64,000 nucleotides of DNA. It comes from Candidatus Parcubacteria bacterium. GTDB lineage: Bacteria > Patescibacteriota > Minisyncoccia > UBA6257 > 2-01-FULL-56-20. The notes beneath the pieces were generated by a model. The model made no database searches. It worked only from the letters and a program-made list of their open reading frames with translations, and had not been told where the DNA came from. This document shows positions 46,523 to 56,446 of this stretch, in pieces; within the stretch, counting starts at the first letter, position 1, and each line of letters opens with the position of its first letter. The DNA lies in NCBI GenBank assembly GCA_027324805.1, contig DAHVRZ010000003.1:1294-65293 (forward strand), given 5' to 3'. The position numbers and the translations under genes are program-made.

Positions 46523-47530
46523 CTATCGCTTGTTCAAAAGCGTCCGCTTATAGGTGTCGAGATGGTTCAAAATAAGTCCGGTACCCTTCGCGACGCAGAA
46601 CAGCGGATCTTCGGCAACATATGCCTGCACGCCAAGGAAGCGTTCGAAGAATTCGGGGAGGTGATGAAGCTGGACCGAGCCGCCCGAAAGGATGATCCCC
46701 TTCTCCATAATGTCCGCCACAAGCTCGGGCGGCGTCACGTTGAAAACATTTTGCACCGAGGTTGCGATGTCGATGAGAAGCGGATTGAGCGCCTCGGCGA
46801 TCTCGTTTGAATTGATGACGATATCCTTCGGAAGGCCGGTCACAAGGTCGCGGCCGCGCACCTGGTATTCCATCTTTTCCTTGGTCGGCATAGCCGAACC
46901 GATCTCTATCTTCACTTGTTCGGCGGTCTGTTCGCCGATCGCGAGCGCATATTTCTTCTTTACGTAATCCATGATCGCCTGATCGAACTTGTTGCCGGCA
47001 ATGCGAAGCGAGTTCCAGGAAACGATGTTACCGAGTGCGATCACCGCTTGTTCAGAAGTGCCGCCACCGATATTGATGATCATATTCCCAGAACGCGCAT
47101 TGATCGGAATGCCGGCGCCCAGTGCTGCAAGAATCGGCTCGCGAACAATGAATGCATTTCCGGCTCCCGCTTCTCGGGCCGCATTCATCACGGCACGGCG
47201 TTCGGTCTGCGTGATGCCCGCCGGCACGGAAATCACAACGTCCGGCTTGATTATATTAAACCAGCCCGATGCCTTGCTGATGAAATAGGTGAGCATCGCC
47301 TTCGTTATGTAATAATCGGCAATCACGCCGTCTTTTAAAGGACGATATGCCACGATCTCGTCGGGTGTCCGTCCGATCATCTCCTTCGCCTCGGAACCGA
47401 CGGCGAGCACCCCATTATCGGGCTTTGTGAGGGCGACGATCGTTGGTTCATTGATGATGAAGCCGCGCCCAGGCACGAAAACAACGGTATTGGCCGTTCC
47501 CAAATCGATGCCGATTTTCTTTCCAAACAT
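46523..47530 (-). CDS. mreB: Rod shape-determining protein MreB
   Basis: IGIDLGTANT, RPLKDGVIAD, NIGGGTS, TPPELVADI; start MFGKK. Confidence 0.95.
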   Translation of the reverse strand: MFGKKIGIDLGTANTVVFVPGRGFIINEPTIVALTKPDNGVLAVGSEAKEMIGRTPDEIVAYRPLKDGVIADYYITKAMLTYFISKASGWFNIIKPDVVISVPAGITQTERRAVMNAAREAGAGNAFIVREPILAALGAGIPINARSGNMIINIGGGTSEQAVIALGNIVSWNSLRIAGNKFDQAIMDYVKKKYALAIGEQTAEQVKIEIGSAMPTKEKMEYQVRGRDLVTGLPKDIVINSNEIAEALNPLLIDIATSVQNVFNVTPPELVADIMEKGIILSGGSVQLHHLPEFFERFLGVQAYVAEDPLFCVAKGTGLILNHLDTYKRTLLNKR

Positions 47531-47609
47531 GCTGCTTATTGTAGGCGAAATCGGGCGAAATTGCAAAAATAAATACAAAGATAGAACTGCCTCAAAACCG
47601 TCATCAATT

Positions 47610-47639
47610 AAAAAGCCCGTACGTCTTCTGCGTACGGGC
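47610..47639 (-). terminator. Terminator of ORF 47664-48098
   Basis: GCCCGTACG-7nt-CGTACGGGC followed by T5 on the minus strand. Confidence 0.75.
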
Positions 47640-47663
47640 ACCTCCTTCCTGCCACGGCTGTTG

Positions 47664-48098
47664 TCATGCCGGGATCCGTTCCTGCGCGGAAACGGTCATT
47701 GTGGTTTCCGGGACATTTTCATATCGGGGAATTTTTCCGGGGACAAATGACCCCTTCACGAGCCGGAACGCGGCTTCGAGAGAAACAGGAATGAATCCAT
47801 GGCGCGGATCATCGAATTTCGGAATGAAAAGATACGCGTCCTCTACCTCGCAACCGCATATCAGTTTCGCATGATCATCCATTGAACCCGTAACAAGCTC
47901 TCCCAGCGCTTCCTGGCGCGCGGGATTGTCGGTGAAAAACATGGTGAGACGCGGCATGGCGCGCCTCTCGTCCGCCTCTCCTTGTCCGGCGAGGACCGAC
48001 CGCGGATGCTCGTATAGCCACCATTCCCGGAAATCGATTTCTGCAACGATTGCAACGACGCCATTGCTCTCGCATTGGCGAATTTTCGGTTTGCCCAT
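47664..48098 (-). CDS. Hypothetical protein (ORFan cassette)
   Basis: ATG 48098 (MGKPKIRQ) with GGAGG SD, own promoter and terminator. Confidence 0.6.
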   Translation of the reverse strand: MGKPKIRQCESNGVVAIVAEIDFREWWLYEHPRSVLAGQGEADERRAMPRLTMFFTDNPARQEALGELVTGSMDDHAKLICGCEVEDAYLFIPKFDDPRHGFIPVSLEAAFRLVKGSFVPGKIPRYENVPETTMTVSAQERIPA

Positions 48099-48126
48099 GG
48101 GATAACCCTCCAAAACAGCTGGCCAA

Positions 48127-48155
48127 AGTATAGCCCAAACAGATTGCCGATTCAA
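48127..48155 (-). promoter_or_regulatory. sigma70 promoter of ORF 47664-48098
   Basis: TTGAAT-17nt-TATACT on the minus strand. Confidence 0.6.
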
Positions 48156-48165
48156 TTCGACGGCA

Positions 48166-49482
48166 TTATCCTCGGGCGATGTCCGCCCCAAGCTGCCGAA
48201 GGCGGTCATCGATGCGTTCGTACCCCCGATCGATTTCCTCGGCGCCGTTGATCTCGGAAACGCCCTTTGCGACGAGCGCTGCAAGAATATCCACGATCCC
48301 GGACCGGAGATCGCGCACGGTAAGGTTTGCCGACTCGAGCGGTGTCGGTCCTTCGATAATGGCGAAATGATGGAACCCCTTCCCCTCAAAGCGGCAGGGA
48401 TCGTTCGGCGGGCAGGCATCGGAAACTTTTATGTTCGCTCCCATTCGGTTCAGGTCTTCCGCATATGCAAAACGGTTCTCATAGATGGTCTCGTGGATGG
48501 TCGAAATTCCTTTCGCCTGGGTGAGGAGCACCGCAAGCGGCTGCTGCCAGTCGGTCATGAAACCGGGATGGGTATCGGTGCGTACGTCGAGCGGCGTAAG
48601 GTGGCCGCCAAATGAACTGTTCGGTGCACGCCAGAATGCGATGCCGTCCTCCGCAACCTCATATTCGCCGCCGAGCCGCCGCACGGTATTGAGGAATGTG
48701 ATGAGATGTTCCTGCACGGCGCCCTTCAGTTTGATGCGGCCGTTGGTCGCAATCGCGAGGCATGCCAGCGAAACAGCCTCGTTGCGGTCGGGCATCACGC
48801 GGTGCGTTGTGCCATGGAGCTTCGACACGCCCTCGATCATGATCGTCCTTGGCGGACAAAGCTCGATGATTGCGCCCATCTTCTGGAGCAGCTTCACAAG
48901 ATCGATGATCTCGGGCTCGAGCGCCGCGTTCTTGATGACGGTCTTCCCCTTGGCGAGCACCGCGGCGAGCATGACATTCTCTGTTGCACCGACGCTCGGG
49001 AAACGCAGTTCGATCTCGGCGCCGCGGAGGCCGCCATCCGGCGCCCATGCATGGAAACTCGTCGGCGTTTCTTCAATGCGCACTCCGAGCTTTTGGAGCC
49101 CTGAAAGGTGGATATCCACCGGCCTCGGACCTATTTTATCCCCTCCCAGTACCGGCACTTCCGCTTCGCCGGTCCGCGCAAGGAGCGGACCGAGCGCGAG
49201 GATCGGAATACGGTTGCGGCGGGAAAGCTGCGTAACCCGGTTGTTCTTTATGGAAGGCGTGGCGATGCTTGCGGTCGGACCGGCGATATCGACTTCGCTC
49301 CCGATGGATCGCAGCAGCTCGTAAACGATATCAAGTTCCCCTATTGCCGGAACGCTTTTGAAAATGCATTGTTCCTCGGTAAGAAGCGATGCGACGAACA
49401 TTTTCGATGCGGCGTTTTTCGCGCCGCCCACGGCCACTTCGCCAAAAAGCGGTTTTCCGCCTTTAACGATAAACGTTGCCAT
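48166..49482 (-). CDS. murA: UDP-N-acetylglucosamine 1-carboxyvinyltransferase
   Basis: GAKNAA, GGDKIGPRPVDIH (Asp at the Cys115-equivalent position), SVGATEN, HPGFMTD, IDRGYE. Confidence 0.95.
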   Translation of the reverse strand: MATFIVKGGKPLFGEVAVGGAKNAASKMFVASLLTEEQCIFKSVPAIGELDIVYELLRSIGSEVDIAGPTASIATPSIKNNRVTQLSRRNRIPILALGPLLARTGEAEVPVLGGDKIGPRPVDIHLSGLQKLGVRIEETPTSFHAWAPDGGLRGAEIELRFPSVGATENVMLAAVLAKGKTVIKNAALEPEIIDLVKLLQKMGAIIELCPPRTIMIEGVSKLHGTTHRVMPDRNEAVSLACLAIATNGRIKLKGAVQEHLITFLNTVRRLGGEYEVAEDGIAFWRAPNSSFGGHLTPLDVRTDTHPGFMTDWQQPLAVLLTQAKGISTIHETIYENRFAYAEDLNRMGANIKVSDACPPNDPCRFEGKGFHHFAIIEGPTPLESANLTVRDLRSGIVDILAALVAKGVSEINGAEEIDRGYERIDDRLRQLGADIARG

Positions 49483-50881
49483 GGAGATATTCGCCGAGAT
49501 TCGTAATGGGCACGCGCTCCTGTTCGCCGGTGTCGCGGTCGCGGACGGTCACGGTATCCTTTTTTTCATTCCCGCCTTCACCGAGCGTGTCGAAATCCAC
49601 AGTTACGCAGAACGGCGTCCCGATCTCATCTTGCGCATAATAGCGTTTGCCGATGTTCCCGCGGTCATCCCATGCCACCGGAAAGCGTTTCTGAAGCTCA
49701 TCATGGATGTCGCGGGCCTTTTCAACGAGCGCCGGCTTGTTCGCCAGGAGCGGGAACACGGCGACTTTGTATGGTGCGATGCGCGGAGGCAGTTTGAGGT
49801 AAACGCGATCATTCTCCTCGCGATAGCTTTCGAGCATTGTCATTGCCATAAGGCGGTTTATCCCCACCGCCGGTTCGATCACGTGCGGTACGAATTTTTT
49901 ACCGGTTGCGGGATCGGTATAGGAAAGATCGATACCGGAAAATTTCATATGCTGGTTAAGATCATAATCGGTCCTATAAGCAAGGCCCCAGAGTTCTTTG
50001 AAACCAAACGGGAATCGGTACTCAAGGTCCTCCGTCCGTTTGCTGTAAAAACTGCGCTCCTCGTCGCCGTGCTCACGCCAGCGGAGATTTTCCTTTGAAA
50101 CGCCAAGCGTACCCGTCACGAACGCCTCCATATCCTCCTTCCACTTTTCAAAAAGCGGCTTCCATTCGGTCAACTCGGGATTGAAGAAATACTCGATCTC
50201 CGCTTGCTCGAATTCGAGTGTGCGGAATATCCAATTCCCTTTTGTGATCTCGTTACGGAAACTCTTGCCGAGCTGGCCGACGCCAAACGGCAGTTTTACG
50301 CGCGTTGAGTCGGTGATGTTCTTGAAAGCCACGAAAATACCCTGCGCCGTCTCACCGCGGAGATATACCTTCGATTGCGACTCCGGCACGATGCCGACAT
50401 GCGTCTCGAAAAGGAGGTTGAATTTGCGCACCGGCGTCCAATCGAATGAGCCGCATACGGGACATTTTATCTTGTTTGTCTGGATGATCTCGTCAAGCTC
50501 AAACTCCTTCTTTCCCTCGACGCCCATGCTCTCATTTCTCTCCTCGAAGTGATTTTCAATAAGATGGTCTGCGCGCGTGCGCGTGTGGCATTTTTTGCAC
50601 TCGATCATGGCATCCGAAAACCCCGAAGCATGACCCGACGCTTCCCAAACTTTGGGATGGAGGATGATGGATGAGTCGAGTCCCACCATATCGCCCCGCC
50701 CTTGCACGAACGTCCGCCACCATTCGTTCTGAATGTTGCGCTTCAGCTCCGCGCCCACCGGCCCGTATTCATAGGAATTGGCAAGCCCGCCGTAGATTTC
50801 CGAGCCGGGAAAGACAAAACCGCGCCTCTTTGCGAGCGCCACTATTTTTTCCATCAATATGTCGGTCTTTTTCTCATCCAT
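49463..50881 (-). CDS. glyQS: Glycine-tRNA ligase, homodimeric type
   Basis: KRRGFVFPGSEIYGG, LRGETAQG, GKSFRNEIT, PHVIEP, IGKRYYAQDEIGTP. Confidence 0.95.
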   Translation of the reverse strand: MDEKKTDILMEKIVALAKRRGFVFPGSEIYGGLANSYEYGPVGAELKRNIQNEWWRTFVQGRGDMVGLDSSIILHPKVWEASGHASGFSDAMIECKKCHTRTRADHLIENHFEERNESMGVEGKKEFELDEIIQTNKIKCPVCGSFDWTPVRKFNLLFETHVGIVPESQSKVYLRGETAQGIFVAFKNITDSTRVKLPFGVGQLGKSFRNEITKGNWIFRTLEFEQAEIEYFFNPELTEWKPLFEKWKEDMEAFVTGTLGVSKENLRWREHGDEERSFYSKRTEDLEYRFPFGFKELWGLAYRTDYDLNQHMKFSGIDLSYTDPATGKKFVPHVIEPAVGINRLMAMTMLESYREENDRVYLKLPPRIAPYKVAVFPLLANKPALVEKARDIHDELQKRFPVAWDDRGNIGKRYYAQDEIGTPFCVTVDFDTLGEGGNEKKDTVTVRDRDTGEQERVPITNLGEYLHGNVYR

Positions 50882-50954
50882 GGGTTTGGTTTATTATTTG
50901 GAATTCTCTGTTCCGTTGAGCAATACAATTTGGAGTTCTGAAGTGCGGCGATCC

Positions 50955-52895
50955 CTATGGTGTGACGGTACGAGCACCGCTGCCGCCGACCGAATGGTCG
51001 TTTGGCAGCGCGGTCGTCACCGCATCTGCGCTTATATCGAACGAACCTCCCGTCCATGTATCGCTCGCCACAAGCGTCGCTTTTCCAAGAAGTGTCACGT
51101 CGCTCCCAACCTGATTGACTGCCGGCGTATTCGCCACCGTGAATACTGCCTTGATTGGTGCGTCAATGACTCCCGTACCCGCGGGGATATAAGGAATGGT
51201 CCACGTGACAAGTCCTGTCCCGGAATCATAGGTTGGCGTCGAGGTCGTTCCGGTGCTCGAGGCAACGGCAAGGAGGGTGGTTCCCGACTGGAGATAAGCG
51301 GATACGGTGACGCTCGAAGCATCCGTCGAATAGTTCGTTATTGCCCAATCAATCGTATAGTCCGTTTCCTGGTTCACTTTTGGCGGATACGGACCGGACT
51401 TCCAATACCCCCCAGAAGTGAATGCCATCTCCCCGCCAACTTTGTTCCGGATGGCAATCGTAGAGACGGTACTTGAACCGGAAGCTCCCGGGATGACCGA
51501 CGGCGATTGAATGGTCCCCGTGAGGGTAAGCGAATAGTCTTTATCGCTCGCCAGACGGATCGGGAACTTCGATTGCGTCTTTATGTCAAACGAAACCGAG
51601 CCGGACTGTCCGGGGGCGAGTGATGCGAGTGCGGGTGTGTTTGCCGTATACCATGTGATCGTATTCGTCCGTGAATTGAACGCGCCGGAGGTTTGAAGGG
51701 AGGCAAAATCATACATTGAACCCGAAAGTGCAGCAGATATTTTAACACTCGAAAGGGTTACGGCTGAATTGTTCGTATAGGTGAGGATGTAATGAATACT
51801 ATCACCCACCGTAGAAACATATCCCTGTTTATTGTTCGCGCTGATTTCAAGTTCAAGCGGAGAAGGCACGAGCGTGAAACTTACCGGCTGGATGTTTGAT
51901 GCATACTTCGTACCGCCGAGTACGGTGTATGCCGTCCCGGTAAACTGGTATTGCGCCTGGGACGGACCGACAATCGCTCCGGTGACCGTAATGGAACCTC
52001 CCTGTCCCGGTGAAAGTTTGCCGACATCCCACATGCCTTCCGATGATGCCGTCGCCGCAGTGTCCGTCGCCAGTGCGACACTGCTCGTCGCGAACGTATA
52101 TGCCGGCGGATATTGGAGGACGATTTCCGCATCATCGATCGTCTGTCCGCTGTTATTCGAATAGCTCATGGTGATTGGGAATGGCTGTCCGCTCACGATA
52201 TTGGTCGGCGCGGAATAATTCAGCCCGAACTGCGATTGATCCGGCGTGAAGCTTGCCGACTGCGTACTTTGATAAGTCGTCGAAGGTGTCTTCGGAGTGC
52301 TGTAAATAAGCTTTGCGGAAAGTGAATAAAGCTGCGAGGCGGTTCCCGTAACGATGAGGGTCGAGCTCTGCGATGCTACGGCGCCGGGTGCGATATCGCC
52401 AAGGGAATATTCCTGGACCTGTGTCGAGGAATCGCTTCCGAGGAACTGGACGCCCTGCGGAAGCTGAAGTGTGACCACCGCGCCGGTAAGGGTCGATTTG
52501 GAATCGTTCGCTGCGGAAATCAAAACGGTGAATGGTATGCCGACGGAAATGCCTGAGGGAGGCGCGATGGTAAGTACCGTGGCAGGCTGAGCGGGCGGGC
52601 GCGTGAGAATGAATGCTGCCGCAACGGCGCCTATTACGACAACGATACCGATTCCAAAAACCCAGAGCCCCCAGCGGCTCATAAAAGAACGCTTATGGGG
52701 AGGCTCGATATTGAGCGTCTCGCGCGGTTCCGCATCCGAAAGCGATCCTCCATTCGATGGCGCCGAGGAAGACGAAGGAGATGCGGCGGGTGTGACGGAC
52801 GAAATCGGCGATTTCTCCGTCAATGAGCGTGCCGCGCCCGGAAGGTTCGGGTTATCTTTGCCCGTCCAAACACCGTTGGGATTATAGGGAGACAT
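50955..52895 (-). CDS. Membrane-anchored surface protein with repeated Ig-like (DUF11/CARDB-like) domains
   Basis: Disordered N-terminus, one TM helix, repeated Y.N.S...L units; Ser/Thr-rich. Confidence 0.75.
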   Translation of the reverse strand: MSPYNPNGVWTGKDNPNLPGAARSLTEKSPISSVTPAASPSSSSAPSNGGSLSDAEPRETLNIEPPHKRSFMSRWGLWVFGIGIVVVIGAVAAAFILTRPPAQPATVLTIAPPSGISVGIPFTVLISAANDSKSTLTGAVVTLQLPQGVQFLGSDSSTQVQEYSLGDIAPGAVASQSSTLIVTGTASQLYSLSAKLIYSTPKTPSTTYQSTQSASFTPDQSQFGLNYSAPTNIVSGQPFPITMSYSNNSGQTIDDAEIVLQYPPAYTFATSSVALATDTAATASSEGMWDVGKLSPGQGGSITVTGAIVGPSQAQYQFTGTAYTVLGGTKYASNIQPVSFTLVPSPLELEISANNKQGYVSTVGDSIHYILTYTNNSAVTLSSVKISAALSGSMYDFASLQTSGAFNSRTNTITWYTANTPALASLAPGQSGSVSFDIKTQSKFPIRLASDKDYSLTLTGTIQSPSVIPGASGSSTVSTIAIRNKVGGEMAFTSGGYWKSGPYPPKVNQETDYTIDWAITNYSTDASSVTVSAYLQSGTTLLAVASSTGTTSTPTYDSGTGLVTWTIPYIPAGTGVIDAPIKAVFTVANTPAVNQVGSDVTLLGKATLVASDTWTGGSFDISADAVTTALPNDHSVGGSGARTVTP

Positions 52896-53397
52896 GTAAT
52901 GATATTACCGCACTCTCGCGGGTTTTCAAAGGGAGTTTGCGGATGCAAGTATCACAGAAAAATTCCTGGCGCGGAATATAGAAATGCATCCCCTTGCGCG
53001 TCCCGCACGACGCGCAAAGTGCATCCTCGGGGTCCCAACCAAGCACGGCGAATGCCGCTCTCCAGGAAAAACTCCTCTCGGCGATCATACGCCATATCCC
53101 CGGTTCGGGCTGCCCTTCGGGCAAAAGCATACTTAAAAATTGCAGGTTAATAATGGAAATACCGGCCATCCCTTCTTTTAATGCATCGATGATCTGTGTC
53201 CCGTGCGCCTCAATAAAACGCACACGGAGCACCGTTCCGGGCTCGAGATGTGGCGCAAGCTTTGATGTGATCTTTCGGGAACTCTTCGCTTTGCCGGTCA
53301 TCCTGCCGAACCGTTCGGTGAACAGTGTATACCGTCCGTCGAGGTCACCCTGTGGATATTTCCTGAGCGAAACGGCGGACGTGACATATTCCTGCAT
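52882..53397 (-). CDS. recO: DNA repair protein RecO (short form)
   Basis: GDLDGRYTLFTERFG, SRKITSKL..HLE, CxxC...CxxC; TGCTACAAT 7 nt before ATG 53397. Confidence 0.82.
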   Translation of the reverse strand: MQEYVTSAVSLRKYPQGDLDGRYTLFTERFGRMTGKAKSSRKITSKLAPHLEPGTVLRVRFIEAHGTQIIDALKEGMAGISIINLQFLSMLLPEGQPEPGIWRMIAERSFSWRAAFAVLGWDPEDALCASCGTRKGMHFYIPRQEFFCDTCIRKLPLKTRESAVISLHVSL

Positions 53398-53447
53398 ACG
53401 AGCCATTGTAGCACAATGACCGGTCGTGTTTACGGATGATCACAACC

Positions 53448-54716
53448 CTATTTACCGGCGTTGTAAAGAATTTTGACCTCGGGAGAGCTTAGGGCGCTAC
53501 TGTACATCCGGACCCCTTCGATCTGTCCGCTGAAATAATTACCACCACAGGGATCGGTCCCTATGTCAATATTGGGTGGAGACGTCAACGATCCCGTATT
53601 GCTCACGACTCCGGTCGCCTGTACTGCGCCATCAACATAGAGGACGATAGCGCCCGTACTTTTCACGCGGGTTGCGGTCAAAAAATGCCAATTTCCGTCG
53701 GCGAAGTTCGTACTGCCGGTGATGGTCGTGTCGGGATTCCCGATTCCGAACATGATCTGTCCCGAGCTGTTTATTGATGTACCAAAATCATTGACAACAC
53801 CGCAAACTTCGCCGCTCACGATCTGCCGGCCGTTGTACCATTGACCGCTTCCGCCTCCCACGGTCGTTGTTTTGAACCACGCGGTCATAGTGAAATCATC
53901 CTGAATAACCCTTGGCAGTGAAACGTAATCGTTACTGCCGTTGAAATTCCCGGCATAGGCCTGATTGTTTCCCGGGCTGTAATAATAAGGAGTCGATCCA
54001 CCCCATGTTCCGTTTTGATTGTTTCCGGAACTATCTATCGCTGTTGTACCGGATCCTTCATTGAGCGGCCAATAACCGACGATGCCTTGTATATTGTAAA
54101 TGCTGCCGGGACCGTAATCCAAAGGCTCGAGTGTAAGGCTCGTACCTTTGGCATAAACGCTGGACAGAGATGCTCCGTCCTTTGAGATCACATCGCCGCT
54201 CCCTCCTTTTTGATATTTAGTCGATTCCATCGCAGCGGTTACCTCGTAATAGGTACCGTCGGTGGTGTAGGTATAGTAAAGATCGGAAGAAGGGTTATTT
54301 GTCGGATCGACCGGGAGGGATCCGAAAGGGGCGCCGGCGCTGATGGCCGAGAAATTGACAGGAACCCATCCGGTACCATTTACATTCCTATAACTTCCGA
54401 AAGGGGCACAACCCCAGACATTTCCGGAACCTAAGAATGGCAAACCGAGATCGCCACAAGTGGAGGATGCATCGGGAACGGACATCTGGACGGTGTAAGG
54501 AGTGCCCACGGAATATCCCGCCGCGCTCAGCTGGTCGGTCTGATAGACGCTCAAAGCCGAATCAAGGGTCGCCATATCGGCAACACGGGTCGCATCGCGG
54601 GACTGTGCCAATAATTGGCCGGGGTTGAGGGCTATCACGACAACAATCGCGAGGATCGATATGATGGCGATGACGACAAGGAGCTCAAGAAGGGTGAAAC
54701 CGGAAGAATTTTTCAT
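53448..54716 (-). CDS. Type IV pilin-like protein with C-terminal LamG domain (copy B)
   Basis: MKNSSG|FTLLELLVVIAII; LPVDPTN; VGYWPLNEGSG...WHFLTAT...FSGQIEGVRMY. Confidence 0.88.
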   Translation of the reverse strand: MKNSSGFTLLELLVVIAIISILAIVVVIALNPGQLLAQSRDATRVADMATLDSALSVYQTDQLSAAGYSVGTPYTVQMSVPDASSTCGDLGLPFLGSGNVWGCAPFGSYRNVNGTGWVPVNFSAISAGAPFGSLPVDPTNNPSSDLYYTYTTDGTYYEVTAAMESTKYQKGGSGDVISKDGASLSSVYAKGTSLTLEPLDYGPGSIYNIQGIVGYWPLNEGSGTTAIDSSGNNQNGTWGGSTPYYYSPGNNQAYAGNFNGSNDYVSLPRVIQDDFTMTAWFKTTTVGGGSGQWYNGRQIVSGEVCGVVNDFGTSINSSGQIMFGIGNPDTTITGSTNFADGNWHFLTATRVKSTGAIVLYVDGAVQATGVVSNTGSLTSPPNIDIGTDPCGGNYFSGQIEGVRMYSSALSSPEVKILYNAGK

Positions 54717-54723
54717 GATATTC

Positions 54724-55959
54724 CTAGTTGCCGGCGTTATAGAGAGATTTGATCTCCGAAGCGCTGAGGGCGCGATTGTAGACCCGCATATCTTGCATGG
54801 CACCATTGAAATATTCCACTCCGTCATACCCCTTGCCCAACTGCTCATGATCGGTGCCATAGGAGAATGTCTGCTTGTTCGTACCGCTTCCCACAGCAGT
54901 ACCGTTGATATAGAAAACATAATTACCATTGCTGTCGTATGTTACAGCAACAAAAACCCATGTCCCTGCCGGGACGGTGCTGGCCGAAGACCCAATGCTC
55001 ACTTGACCCTGCTTTAAAAGTTCGAGATCATTCGCGGAATTATCGCGAAATTCATAATAACCATCACCCCAACCGCTCCCGCCGAACATTGCACGAGTGG
55101 CATTATTATTGACCGCATCAATCCATGCGGTCAATGTAAAAGTTTGGAGTTGGAGCGATGCGGGAATTCCGAGATCAACGACATCGTTTGATCCGTTGAA
55201 ATTTCCCGCATACGACCCATTCCTTCCCGTTGTGTAGTATGGGGTCGTACCACCCCAAGTTCCGTTATTCCCGCTCCCCGACAGGTCGGCGGCCGTCGTA
55301 CCGGCACCTTCATTGAGCGGCCAATAACCGACGAGACCTGGGACACTGCCAGGACCGTAATCCAGCGGTTCGAGGGCAACATTGGTGCCTTCCGCATAGA
55401 CCGTAGAAAGGGCTGCTCCATCTCCAGTAATGACATCCGCGCCCCCTCCTTTTTGATATTTGGCCGACTCCATCGCAGCCGTAACCTCATATTGAGTGCC
55501 GTTTGTTGTGTAGGTATAAAAAAGATGGGAAGAGGTGTTATTGGTAGGATCGATAGGAAGCGATCCGAAAGGGGCGCCACCGGCAATAGCGGAGAAATTC
55601 ACGGGAATCCAACCGGTACCATTGACATTGCGAAACGTGGAAAAAGGAGAACAACCCCAGGTATATCCTGCAGGCATGGACATAAGCTGCAGATCGCCGC
55701 AGGTTGAAGAAGAGTCGGGAATCGACATATAAACCGTAAAGGGCGTACCAAGCGAATATGTCTTCGTTCTCGCCTGATCGGCCGAATAAAGGTCCAATGC
55801 AGAATTGATGGTTGCTATATCCGATATCCGACTGGCGTCGTGGGACTGCGCGATCAGCTGGACAGGCTTGATGACAAGGACCACCATAACGGCAAGGATC
55901 GTAATGATGGCAACCACAATGAGAAGCTCGATAAGAGTGAAGGCCTTGCGGGAAATCAT
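54724..55959 (-). CDS. Type IV pilin-like protein with C-terminal LamG domain (copy A)
   Basis: MISRKA|FTLIELLIVVAII; LPIDPTN; LVGYWPLNEGAG...WVFVAVTYD...FNGAMQDMRVYNRALS. Confidence 0.88.
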   Translation of the reverse strand: MISRKAFTLIELLIVVAIITILAVMVVLVIKPVQLIAQSHDASRISDIATINSALDLYSADQARTKTYSLGTPFTVYMSIPDSSSTCGDLQLMSMPAGYTWGCSPFSTFRNVNGTGWIPVNFSAIAGGAPFGSLPIDPTNNTSSHLFYTYTTNGTQYEVTAAMESAKYQKGGGADVITGDGAALSTVYAEGTNVALEPLDYGPGSVPGLVGYWPLNEGAGTTAADLSGSGNNGTWGGTTPYYTTGRNGSYAGNFNGSNDVVDLGIPASLQLQTFTLTAWIDAVNNNATRAMFGGSGWGDGYYEFRDNSANDLELLKQGQVSIGSSASTVPAGTWVFVAVTYDSNGNYVFYINGTAVGSGTNKQTFSYGTDHEQLGKGYDGVEYFNGAMQDMRVYNRALSASEIKSLYNAGN

Positions 55960-55987
55960 TATTAAATTGTATCAGATTCGAACGTTG

Positions 55988-56071
55988 TGCGTCGGGTAGG
56001 ATTCGAACCTACGTAGCCCAATGGGCGACAGATTTACAGTCTGTTGCGATTGACCACTCCGCCACCGACGC
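55988..56071 (-). tRNA. tRNA-Tyr(GTA)
   Basis: GCGTCGG/CCGACGC acceptor stem, ACAGA-CTGTAAA-TCTGT anticodon arm, long variable arm, GGTTCGAATCC; CCA not encoded. Confidence 0.95.
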
Positions 56072-56073
56072 AA

Positions 56074-56439
56074 TTATTCCCTGGGATCCGGCGAAGAAGG
56101 ATGTTCTTCTTTGCCCTCACTATTCTGCCCCGAAATCTCCTTGAAATCAATATTCGTATTCGCTCGATTCTCCTTCGGTTGGACCTTCCGCAGGCCTTTC
56201 GCGATGGAGTTGTCCAGACGAAGAAGGATGATCTTCGCGCGTCGAAGGAACTTCAGTACGAAATTATTGAATGCCGCGTCGATCTTTTCCGGAAGTTCGG
56301 AATGGGCCCAGCGTTCGAATGCACTCTTCGTGTCGGCATCCGCACTGGATTCCTCGATGCGCGGCAATGCACGCACGGTGATGTAAAGCACCGTACCAAG
56401 ACAGATCATAAGGATGAGCGAAAAGATGAACTCAACCAT
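56074..56439 (-). CDS. Small membrane protein
   Basis: N-terminal TM, RALPRI, charged tail; TATAAT 6 nt before ATG. Confidence 0.7.
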   Translation of the reverse strand: MVEFIFSLILMICLGTVLYITVRALPRIEESSADADTKSAFERWAHSELPEKIDAAFNNFVLKFLRRAKIILLRLDNSIAKGLRKVQPKENRANTNIDFKEISGQNSEGKEEHPSSPDPRE

Positions 56440-56446
56440 CCTTCTA

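Noticed and set aside
46500..46540. dif-like site (TTTAACGTAA resembles a XerD arm)
   Set aside because: No matching XerC arm at the 6-bp spacing
53398..56071. Pilin pair as an island integrated at tRNA-Tyr
   Set aside because: No duplicated tRNA 3' end at the recO-side boundary and no integrase
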